Assembly: GCA_973895155.1 (NCBI GenBank)
Contig: OZ316891.1
Coordinates: 24,365,899 to 24,429,898, forward strand
Length of the DNA: 64,000 nucleotides
Direction of reading: 5' to 3'
Origin: Marsupella aquatica
Taxonomy: Eukaryota > Plantae > Marchantiophyta
The position numbers and the translations under genes are program-made. This document shows, in pieces, positions 12,030-23,280 of the stretch (its first letter is position 1; every line of letters starts with the position of its first letter). The notes beneath the pieces are model-generated. The model was not told where the DNA came from. It did no database searches and worked only from the letters and a program-made list of their open reading frames with translations.

Positions 12030-13330
12030 TTACCGACGATATCACGGCTGCTGATGTTGGCGTCAAAGGACCTGGTGCTGCTGTTCCAGGACCTCCTCTG
12101 CCTCCTTCTCTTCCTCCTCCTCCCGCGCCTCTCTTCCCCTCCAGGAGGTGAGAGGAAGCAGGCGGCTCCGGCATGGAAGTCCCCACTACTGTCTCCCACC
12201 GCCCTCTTTTTCTTCTTCTCGTCACCACTCCTCACTCCACCTACGCTCTTTGCGTCCTCCAACGCAGTCGTCCTCCCACCACAACAGTACTCTACTCCAA
12301 TCCTGTCCACTTCCCAACCAGCAACTCCTCCACTCTTTCTCTCTCTAGCCTCGTTCTCAGAATGCGAAATCCAAAGCCAAGACCTCTCCTCGTCGCCTCC
12401 TCTCCCCTCTCCTCCCCTCCCTCGCCTTCCTGCCTACGACTGGTCTTGTCCGGAGCTTCAACAGACGAGACAGCGTCCAGTCCAGTCCAGTCAAGTCCAG
12501 GCCCTCCCTCCTCGTGACCACGCACAACGAGGTTTGCAGCGCTCCTTCCTCCCTGCCTGTACACCCGACCACTGCGTCTCCTCCTCCTCCCCGTCCCTGT
12601 GCCAGACGAAGCCAGGCTCCGCCTTGTTCTCCTCTCGGGATGATGATGATGATGGCGATCAATCAACTCGTCGCTCGCCACTACATCCTCGGAGTGATGC
12701 TATATTTGCTACACTGCTGCACTCACACCGAAACCTATATTTTATGTCTGTCCGCCTGTCGATCTACCCCTATCCATGAATCTACGATGCTGGTGCTGAG
12801 ATCAGCACACCCACCTCCCGCCTATCCACATCAGGCAGCATCCACTCGACGTACACTCTTCCTTCAGTTCCCCACTCTCTCGTGACGATGCGCTCACGCG
12901 CTCCCCCTCCGCTCCTCCTCGGGGATTCTCCGCTCTCGCACTGTGGGTACCCTCTCTGCGGTATGTCGAAGCCCCTGACTCCTCACACCCACCATACACA
13001 CCACAACAAACGGCGTGTAGTTAGTAGAAGGAGAAGAAGAGAGCGCCCGGGCAATCCCTTTCTTTCCGGTACGTAGAGAGGAAGAGTCGCTCACTACTCC
13101 GGTGCCCCTGTTGTTTGTGAACGCCACGAGGCTGGGGTGTGGTCCTCCTTGACCAGCCTCCACGACGACAACGAGCATGCGCATGGAACCCGCTCGCCTG
13201 CCTTGCTGTCTGCCCCGCAAGTCGTCCCCAGTAGCGTCTCCGCCTCACACGACGACACGGGGCGGGTGTCCCTGCGGCCCAAGCCACCCGGCCGGGCCCT
13301 CGCTTTGGCCCGCTGGCCCTGGTTCTAAGC
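12030..13330 (-). promoter_or_regulatory. GC/CpG-rich, CT-rich 5' leader/promoter region of the HPt gene
   Basis: CpG-dense relative to neighbouring TE bodies; CT tracts, CCAGT repeats near 12477-12500, (GAT)n at 12639-12653; immediately upstream of exon 1. Confidence 0.5.
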
Positions 13331-13469
13331 TGTAACCTTGGATTCCGGTTCTGTTTACCACTTTACCCGTCCCTCCTACCATGCGCGTGTGGGGTTTCTA
13401 TTGGGAAATTTCGGCAAATTTTATTCCAAGGATTTTATTTTCGAAAGGGGAACTTCCTTCCAACAAAGC

Positions 13470-13860
13470 TGCGCAACTAACTTGGAGGCAGGGAAACCTC
13501 TACTTTAACCAAATTTTGTTCCGAAGATTTTCTTTTCGACAACAACCGGCTAACTTGGCCGGCAGGGGAAACCTCTATTTCAACCAAATTTCATTCCAAA
13601 AAATTTCTTTTCAGAAAGAGCCAAATAACTTGTAGAACCGGCTAACTTGGCCGGCAGGGGAAACCTCTATTTCAACCAAATTTCATTCCAAAAAATTTCT
13701 TTTCAGAAAGAGCCAAACAACTTGTAGAACCTCTGTTTCAACCAAATTCCATTCCAAAGAGATTCTTTTCAAAAGGAGCCAAACAAATTGGAGAACAGGG
13801 GAAACCTACCTCTGTTTCAACCAAATTTCATTCCAAATATTTTCTTTTCAAAATGGAACC
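13470..13860. repeat. Degenerate tandem repeat, ~92-bp unit
   Basis: 'aaccggctaacttggccggcaggggaaacctctatttcaaccaaatttcattcc' recurs at 13544 and 13636; partial copies near 13490, 13728 and 13808. Confidence 0.85.
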
Positions 13861-15272
13861 CTGGCCTCTGGAGAGGGTACTCAATTAGTTCGTGGACCCC
13901 TTGGCTAATAAAATCAGGGGGAAGAGTCGATCTGAGCCGTCTCCATTTCTTATTTCCGGAAATCTCGTCCGTCCATCATAATGGCCAATCTATGGCTCAA
14001 AAGAAAGATCTCAAATAGATCTATGGATGGGTTCTGTCCATTTTGCAAATGGGTTAATATTTTTCAAATGAAAAATCAAACAAATCCAAGCCTTCCTAGC
14101 CGTCGATTTTGTTGATTTTACGATCTTTGCCATCCATTTTGTAATGCCTCTAGAAATCTTATTCATCCATGTTAGAAGGCGATCTAGGGTGCAAAAGAAA
14201 GATCTCAATGAGATCTACGACTGGGTATTTTTTGTTTTGAGAATGAGTAAATAGTTTTGAGTATAAAATTTGATGAACTTTCAAGATTCCAGTCATTCCT
14301 CCTCCCCGATCTTGGGTTTCTATGTGCTCTTCCCAGCATTAATGGCCGTACAATACGAGAGGTCCTTACATACCGGGAGTTGCGGTTTAAGAAGGAAGTT
14401 ATCAAGTTAGTTATTAGTCATTATTTATTATATGAAAAATACTTTTTATAAATCTTTGAATTTAAGTTTTAAAATTGGAAATGTAACTAAAACGGTTACA
14501 TAGTGACAGTTTTAACCATCTTGCTCTTTGCATTTCCAAAGTTTTTACTTTTCTTTTTACGGCACGGCGTCCCAAAATTTACACCCAAATTGACACAAAC
14601 ACGAATGAAAACTATAAATTTGATTTACAAAACCGACGAGTCTTGTTTGTTGCGGTTGTTGTTGACGTGGCACGCTGTGGTGCCAGGAATTTTGGAAGAG
14701 AACTCTAGTGGGGTCCGTAACTAGCTTACAGGGGAGGGAAAACCTCTATTTGCTATTTTGTATTTCAATTTGTTTAGCTTTATTTGGGAGTTTTCTATTG
14801 AAAAAGGAGATTTACTACTTACCAGTTATCTTAGCATTACACACTGATATGGTGCTTTTTGTGATATAGAGACTAGTATTCCATGGATCTACCTTTTGAT
14901 GGCCCGTATGGTGCCACACACCCCCCCTCACCACAGCCTGAGATTTGTCATAGACTAAACCCTTGCTGCGATTGGGTTTGACCCCCCCTACTCCTAGCCC
15001 TCACCTGTGTCTATGATGCCTAGCCCTCACCATCACATCTTGGTCCCAGGTGCCCCCTGTCGTGACATATAGTATCGTAGCCATAGTGTATCGAAAACAT
15101 ACAAGTCACCGGCAAGGCATATGTGCAAGCTGCTAGCAACCAACATACATAGAAAAAGTCCAATCACATTCACGAGTGCCAAGAAAAAGCAAATGAAGTG
15201 GTATGTACGTAGTGGAGGTGTAAACCTCTGTATCCCCCCCAGACCACAGCCAAAAGGAGGGCTGAAGAAAAT

Positions 15273-16769
15273 TCAGGTAGCACGTGGAGCACAGGAAGGG
15301 CAAAACCCTTCTGGCACCTGGGTAAGTTCAGGCAGAAGGCAGAAAAGATGGTACCCTCCATTGCAATTGTCACACAGCAGCATTTGGTCAGCATCATCAA
15401 TTCGCAAACACACTTTGCAAGGGTAGTCCACAGGTGGAATCCAGGTAGAAGTCACAATGGTGGGATCCAGGTTAGGCAGATGACAAGGGGCGCAATTCTT
15501 GGCATTGTCAGCAATTGTGCGCCCATCTGCCCCTTGTAACTCTAGCACTCCAGACGATCGAATAGCTTTAACCCTGAGAATAGTACGACTGGTAGAGGTG
15601 TCCAGGGTGTCGTTAGCTTGCCGTTGCAAGTACACAAAATCTCCCACTTCAAACTTCCTGACCTTGGGCTGAAAAGTGCCCCCTCGTGTGTGTGTGCATA
15701 ACGCAGTGTGTCCCTGTGCTGTGCGATGGCCAAATTCTCCATGGCCATGGGCACAACCCTCCTGAATAGGGCAGCCCTCTCAGAGATCACATCAGACCAA
15801 GTCACAGCTGAATCCAAGTCTACCACTTGAAGCATGTGAGCAGCAATAGCAGAAGGTGGAACTGGGTGACGACCAAACAACAAGAAGTAGGGAGAAAAGT
15901 TAGACAGTGATGCATGTCTGGACATCCTATACCCCATGGCAATGTAGGGTAAGGCCAGGTCCCAATCCTCCTTGTTTTTGGTGAGGCAAATCTTCCGGAG
16001 ACCCTTCTTGCATGTCTGAACTATGCGCTCTGCCAAGCCATCTGCCTGTGGGTGATCTCGTGATGTCTGACGATGATCAATGAGGGCCTGATCAAGCAGC
16101 TCTTGGAACTCTCCTCTAAACTCTGAGCCCTGGTCAGTGAGACATTCTACACAAGCTCCAAAGCGGCTGAGAACTTGTTGCAGGAATGCCTAGCTGGTGC
16201 TACGGGAGGTCTTATCCGGCAATGCCACAAGTTCTATCCACTTGGAGAAATGCTCTATCATGATCATGATGTAGAGATTACCCCGAGATGTGAGGGGTAA
16301 TTCTCCAGCCAAATCACATGACCAACGATAAAACATGCCCTAAATAGGGAGTGGATGAAGTGTGGGTTGCCGAGATGTGAAAGAAGTCCTTACCCTATCA
16401 CACTGCTCACACCGGGCAATAACATCTCGAACCTGGCCATGCATGCCTCTCCAATGATAATGAGGGACCAAGAGGCTGTAAGTCCTCTTAACGCCAAAAT
16501 GATCAAGCTCAGAATGTACCTTACGGATAAGGCCAACCCTCTCATGAATGGGTGGAACCACCACTTCCCTATCTGGCAAGCAGCGCACGAGATGATCTCC
16601 CTTCCACAAGTAACGCTTGGACCTTTGCTGAATTTGGTCTCTCTAGGCAGCAGTAACATGGGTGGGGTACTCCCCATGCTGCAGAACTCTCAGAGTGTCG
16701 CTGTCCTCCCATATGTCCACCATAGGTTGGTCAACAACGTAGCATGGCAGCAAAGCAAGATAGGTAGAT
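15273..16769 (-). pseudogene. Gypsy integrase (HHCC, DDE core) with C-terminal PHD finger
   Basis: 'HSELDHFG...CEQC' zinc site; core includes 'IEHFSKW', 'LTDQGSEF', 'GLAERIVQ'; PHD 'CKVC...MLLCDNCNGGYHLFCL...FCPSC' in ORF 15273..15647. Stops and a frameshift present. Confidence 0.9.
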
Positions 16770-17139
16770 GCATGTGTAAGAAACCGTCAACTTCGGACTA
16801 GACAGCAATGCGGAAACATGAGAGACACTCAATCAGACGCTACACCGGCGAGACACCCCGAGTGGAGAAAGTCCTGAAGGCTCCATAGCAAATGAGAGTA
16901 CATGTGAAGAATGAGGGAGAGAGTTCTCTCCCTCCAGCCTATACCCCCCAAGGGGGCCAAGATGAGTGGGCCTAAACAAAGCGGATCTTATCCTAATGTA
17001 ATCCAGGGTTAACTAACCCTAGTAAGGCCAAACTAAATAAACTAAGTTGGGAACTCAAGTCAATTCCTAACAATCTCCACCTTGACTCCAGTTCACACAA
17101 TGAGTCAGGTGATATACAATACGTAACTAAGTAACATAT

Positions 17140-20100
17140 CTACATAGTCTCCGGTTTGGCCCTAACATTAATAATATCCACACAATGACTAAAGCTACTG
17201 GTAGGTAAAACTTTGGTAAGCATGTCTGCCGCATTCTCCTCTGAAGCCACCTTCTCCAGAAACATCTGCTTCGTCTCAATCACCTCACGGATGAAGTGAT
17301 AACGAATATCAATGTGCTTTGTCCTGGCATGGAACACAGGGTTCTTAGCCAGATGCAAAGCACTTTGACTGTCACACAGCAGCACCGGTCTTTCAGGTGA
17401 AAGACCCAGATCACTCACCAATCTCCGTAGCCAGATCAGCTCCTTGGTTGCCTCACATGCAGCCATGTACTCAGCCTCAGTAGTAGACAACGCAACACAA
17501 GATTGAGTTGCTGACTTCCAGCTGAACAACCTCCACCCAGCATAAACACATAGCCTGTAGTAGACTTCCTGTTATCCAAGTGACCAGCATAATCTGAATC
17601 TACAAAACCTTCCAACTCTAATGTAGAGTCTGCTTTACCGTCAAATAAGATCCCACAATCTAAGGTACCTTTCAGATACCGCAAAACCCACTTCACTGCT
17701 TCCCAGTGAAGCTTACCAGGATTTGCCATAAATCTGCTCAAAATGCTAACAGCATGGGCAATGTCAGGTCTAGTGCATGTCATTGCATACATCAAACTAC
17801 CCACAACACTATCATAGGGAACATGTTTCATTGCCAATCTATCACTCTCACTAGAAGGGCAATCATTCTTTGAGAGTTTAAAGTGAGAAGCCAATGGAGT
17901 ACCAACTGGTTTTGCATTCTCCATTCCATACTTGGCAAGTACCTTCTCCAAATACTGCCTCTGAGACAACCATAATTGCCTTTGCTCCCTGTCACGATGA
18001 ATCTCCATCCCTAGTATCTTCTTGGCCTGACCCAAGTCCTTCATTGAAAACTCCTTACTCAGCATTGCTTTCAGATGGGCAACATCAGACTTATTCTCAG
18101 CCAGGATCAGCATGTCATCCACGTACAATGCCAACACAATGTAACCAAAGCGTGAGTAATTCTCCACCTCCTTCATGTAAATATAACAATCATGTTCACT
18201 TCGTGTGAACCCCTGAGATAACATGAAGGAATCAAAACGCTTATTCCACTGTCTGGGACTCTGCTTCAATCCGTATAACGAGCGCAAGAGCTTACACACC
18301 AAGTGTCTGGTCTTCTCGTGAATAAAACCTGGAGGCTAAGTCATATAAATCTCCACATCAAGCAATCCATGCAGGAAAGCAGTAATTACATCCATCTGAT
18401 CTAACTCAAGATCATAGAATGCCACAATCGCAAGTAAAACACGGATAGGGGCGAGTTTGACAACTGGTGAGAAAATCTCCGTGTAGTCCAAGCCCTCCTT
18501 TTGGGTGTATCCTTTGGCCACAAGGCGTGCCTTGTAAGTGCCATCCTGCTTCTTCTTGTACAACCATCTACACGGAACCAGTGTCTTCCCGCGAGGCATG
18601 TCAGTTAAGCGCCAAGTTGAATTCTTCTTCAAAGAATTCATCTCCTTCAACATTGCCTCCATCCACTTATCCTTCTTTGGAGAGGCCATAGCGTCTTCAT
18701 AGCTAGAGGGGTCTCCATCTTCAGTAAGCAAAACAACACCGGGATCATCTTCATGTTCAACAACTTGAACACGAGGATCTGCAAAACCAAATCTATCAGG
18801 GGGTTGGCCAAAATTGGCCCTGGTGGAGCGCCTTGGTTGAGGAACTGCACCTCTACCAGAGGGACCAACAGTTTCCTCATCACCACCAAGCTCCACCGTA
18901 GTGGGTTCCTCCACCTGTTCCTCCTGAATATCCCGAGGTCTTGACAACCATTCTTCGTCAAAAACAACATTTATGCTCACAACTGCCTTGCAATCGACAG
19001 GATCCCACAATTTATAGCCCTTCTAGGCTTAAGACTAAAGCCTAGAAAAATACATTTCTTAGACTTGGGATCCAACTTAGACCTGTGTGTCTGCTCAATG
19101 TGAACATAGGCAGCACAACCTCGGGGGGGTCACTTCCATGGAAGTGACACATCACGTGCGACGAAGTATAGGCCCATTTAAATGGGTGTGACGGAAGACT
19201 TCCAAAGTTTGGTGGAAGAACACATAGGGCATGTTTTATTGATTGGTCGACTTTAAAGAACACATAGGCCTATTTAATTGCAAAAAATACTTTCTATAAA
19301 GTTTTTAGGGGTTTTTTAATAAAAAATGACAAAATTTTAAGAAAGAAAGGGCTTTGCAAAAAAATATTTTTCACTTTAAAGTTAGGGGGGTCAAACCCTA
19401 AAACGTCGCACGCGATGTATGACCCTCCATATAGTGACCCCCCCGAGAGCACAACCAAAAACTCGGAGTCTAGAGTAATCAGTAGGTCTCTTATACCACA
19501 ACTCAAATGGAGTCTGCATCAACTTACTACTGTGCGGTGACAGATTGTAGACGTATGCAGCTTGGTTGACAGCTTCAGCCCAAAAGTTGTTGGGCAACTT
19601 GGACTTACATAGCATGTTGCGTGCTTTCTCCAGTAATGTCCGATTCAACCGTTCTGCAACTCCATTCTGTTGCGGGGTCTCCGGTATAGTGTAATGACAC
19701 TTGAGGCCAAGGTCCCGACCAAATTGATCAAACTCATTGGACTTATACTCGCCACCGTTATCGGACCGAACACACTTCAACTCCTTCCCAGTTTGTAGCT
19801 CTACCATGGCTTTCCACTCCTTGAAAATCTCAAAGACTTGAGACTTCTCCTTCATGTAGGACAACCAGCACATTCGAGAGTAATCATCTACAAACGTCAC
19901 AAAATATCTGGCTCCACCCAACGACGGCTCCGGTGCTGGACCCCAAACATCCGAATGTACATACTCAAGAATCTCATGAGAATGGTATGAACTAGAACTG
20001 AAAGTCACTCTCCTCTGCTTGCCGAAGATGCAATCTTCACAAAAAGAGAGTTTACCAGATTGAGCGCCTTGCAGCAATTCTCTGTTTGCCAAGGCTGCCA

Positions 20101-21367
20101 ATCCTTTACCACTCAAGTGCCCCAACCGTGCATGCCACAAATCTATGGCTTGTGTGCGACCAGATGTTGAGGGTGCTTCAATTGAAGCAGCCATAGATGA
20201 TTCTATAGCAGATGTTGCTGTTGCATCCGAACATTCCACCACAGAATCCACATGCTCTACTCTAGGAGCAATGACATCTCCTTCCAAGATGTACAAATTA
20301 TTCTGCCGTAGTGCCTTAATCAAAGATACATCATCTTTGACGACAAAGAGCGCACCATCACGTGCGGTGAAATGAGATCCACCAGCTTCCAAAGCACCAA
20401 GAGAAATCAAATTCTTAGAGATGTCTGGTATGTGTCTGACTCGCGTCAGTGCTCGCACAACACCATCAAACATCCGGAATTTGATAGTCCCCATGCCAAC
20501 AATTGTACATCGGACTCCATTTCCGATTTCCACAGTACCGGTACAAGGTTGGTAAGTGGAGAAATATGATTGCGTTGGACACACATGATAAGAGGAACCC
20601 AAATCCAACATCCATTTATTGTCATACACTGAATTCACAGCACCAATACATAGCACTTCAGCAGCATCCTCATTGTCAGCAATCACAATACCAGCTGATG
20701 ATGAGGACGCACCATTGGAAGCAAGACGCTTCTGCTTTGATAGAGAAGGACAATTCCACTTGGTGTGGCCCTTCTCATGGCAATGCCAACACTGAACTTT
20801 CTTACTACGGGACTTAGATTTAGATCTACTGTGTGATTTAGATCTAGACTGATTCATAGTACGCTCCGTCGATCTACCTCTAACCACTAAGGCAGCAGAG
20901 TCATTGTCACAGCCAGAAAGTTGTCGCTTGCCCCATTCTGCAAGAATGGTATCCTTTACCTCATCCAGCTTCAACGTAGACTTGTCATGTGTGATGACCG
21001 TCACCAACGTCGAATAGCTTTGAGGAAGCGACATCAACAAATGCATCGCAAGATACTCATCGGTCAACTTGTCTCCTGCCGTGGTCACCTCGTGCACAAT
21101 CTCATCAAAGAGACTGAGGTGATCACGCATGTTGCCACCATCCTTCAACTTCAACCTGAATAGCCGCTCCAAGTGATAAATGCGAGTAGTCAACGAAGTA
21201 CTCTGGTATAGCTGAGTAAGCATATCCCAAATCTTCTTGGCATTCCGATCCATCCCCAACACGTTCTTGAGAATGTTGTTTGCCAAGAACAACTCAATTG
21301 TGCTACACGCCTTCCCGTCAAACTTCTCCACCTCAAACTTTGGCGCCGCAAGCTTTCTTGAAGTCAT
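17140..21367 (-). pseudogene. Copia-B gag-pol (gag, CCHC, PR, INT, RT, RNase H), disrupted
   Basis: 'CWHCHEKGHTKWNC', 'WMLDLGSSYH', 'LWHARLGH', 'VHSDVWGP', 'RSDNGGEY', 'YVDD', 'TKHIDIRYHFIRE'; broken by a MITE, stops and frameshifts. Confidence 0.93.
19120..19447. mobile_element. MITE, 328 bp, 15-bp perfect TIR, 8-bp TSD
   Basis: Ends ctcgggggggtcact...agtgacccccccgag (imperfect to ~45 bp); AGCACAAC at 19112-19119 and 19448-19455; removal restores 'FGCAAYVH' in Copia integrase. Confidence 0.92.
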
Positions 21368-23280
21368 TGATGCTGCCACAAACACACAGGAAATACACAA
21401 CCGAAATACCTCCACCCAAAAAGTCACCAAAAAATGAAAGTTGGTGAAAGTGGAAATGGAATGCATCGCCGCGTAGCCTGCAAGGTACACTGCCAAGATC
21501 TGAAAATGATTTGGAGAAAAACTTCTCCAGCAAAAACTTATTCAACCCGGACCGGAGGGGGGTCAAAATGGCCGTTTTGACCCCCGTCGGGTATCTTAGG
21601 TCCCGAAAAAATTCTGCAATAGTTAAATGCAAATCAATTTCACAGGCCCGTGCTCAACTCCCTTGAGTATCCCCTTGCAAAGCCGTGCAAAAAAATCCTG
21701 CCTTGACAACCGCCAAATTCATAATTTTGGCCAAAATTCAGCTCTCTGGAAAAGTATCTTTTGGAGGGAATAAAAGTACAGTCAAATTCTACAGCAGAAG
21801 GCACCCGGTGATGACACGTGTCCGGCTCAAAAGAAAAACTTTGCACAAAGGAAAAGAAACGAGAAAGAAGTTTAAAAGAAAAAATAACCGGAAGGCTCAA
21901 GGCAACAATCGCCCCATTCCCCTTCTAATTTTCCTTTAAAAAAAAACTTCGTGACCCTTATGCCCTTTCGCCATGTGTCGCCCTCCACTCATACGTCGTA
22001 CTTACCAGGCTCCCCCTAGTACATACCATAAAGCTCCAACCAATCTTGGAGTACTTAAGTACTCAAGAGCTGCATTAATGCCACACCAGGTGGTACAGCA
22101 GGTAACCCCTTAAATTCCCTAAAGGAATGGAGCACATACGCTTCTTTCCCTCTCCTGGCCTTTGTACCTTGTATCCCAATTATTGCAGGAGTACCTTGTA
22201 CAGGCCTTGACCCTGGATTAAATACTCCCCAAAAAACATGGGAGCAAGTACGCTCAATGCTCTCAGTTGTACTTCGTACCTTCAACTTATGAGCCCTGTA
22301 CCTTGTACTAAGCGGTACATCAGGTACCACAAGCCATTGCCCTATTTTAAATGCCTCGTATCATCTTGCAATACAGCACTCGTACCGGGGTAACAGTCCT
22401 TTGTACCACCCTTGCCACACAAACACAGTCGTATTTGCGTGCTCCTATACGCTGTACAACACATCCGTCCGCACCGCCGCAAATGATTGCGTAGCGGTGA
22501 GTCCAACGAAAAAATACAGGGAAGAAAAATGGCTACTTTCGGCAGTACAACATCGACATTGCTCGAGTAAACGTCAACCCCACCGGCCCCACGTAAGATT
22601 AAACAGAGCACTTAACACCATAGCCAAGAGCTTAGAGCTCTAAACAGCAAAACTCAAAAATGAGATTACTCGACACACCAATGATGAAAGGAAGTGAAAC
22701 CTTCACCAAAACGGAGTGTCCGCCGATGCGCATAAGAGATTGCTAGACTGTCGTCTTGAAATGCATCAAAGAACAGAGACACATCCGACACTCCAAGCTA
22801 GAGCTCCAATCGGGAAACCGTCACCTCTTTCAAACACGAAACCTTCAACGCAAAACGACCAGTGAAACGATCACGCAACCGTCGTTGACGATTCAATCTT
22901 TCACCCCGATCCAGCACAAAAATGCTCTCACCACTGCCCAGGCCACCAAACCACGAACACGAAGCTCTGATACCACTTGTAAGAAACCGTCAGCTCCGGA
23001 CTAGACAGCAATGCGGAAACATGACAGACACTCAATCAGACGCTACACCGACAAGACACCCCGAGTGGAGAAAGTCCTGAAGGCTCCATAGCAAATGAGA
23101 GTACATGTGAAGAATGAGGGAGAGAGTTCTCTCCCTCCAGCCTATACCCCCCAAGGGGGCCAAGATGAGTGGGCCTAAACAAAGCGGATCTTATCCTAAT
23201 GTAATCCAAGGTTAACTAACCCTAGTAAGGCCAAACTAAATAAACTAAGTCGGGAACTCGAGTCAATTCCTAACAGCATG

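Larger units (their letters stand above)
16775..23275 (-). mobile_element. Ty1/Copia LTR retrotransposon (Copia-B), full length, nested in the Gypsy pol
   Basis: 298-bp TG..CA LTRs at 16775-17072 and 22978-23275 (about 8 mismatches by eye); TSD GCATG at 16770-16774 and 23276-23280; tRNA-iMet PBS 22964-22975; PPT 17073-17087. Confidence 0.97.

Noticed and set aside
12026-13328. Many overlapping ORFs upstream of HPt
   Set aside because: Low-complexity translations expected from GC-rich, stop-poor promoter DNA.
13470-13860. CRISPR-like array
   Set aside because: Units are tandem duplicates without unique spacers, in eukaryotic context with no cas genes.
14911-14930. 'cacaca-ccccccctc' as LTR end plus PPT of the Gypsy element
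   Set aside because: No second copy of the adjacent sequence found near the gag end, so no LTR can be defined.
22964-22975. tRNA genes at TGGTATCAGAGC matches (also 46161, 49693)
   Set aside because: These are 12-nt primer-binding sites complementary to tRNA-iMet, not tRNA genes.
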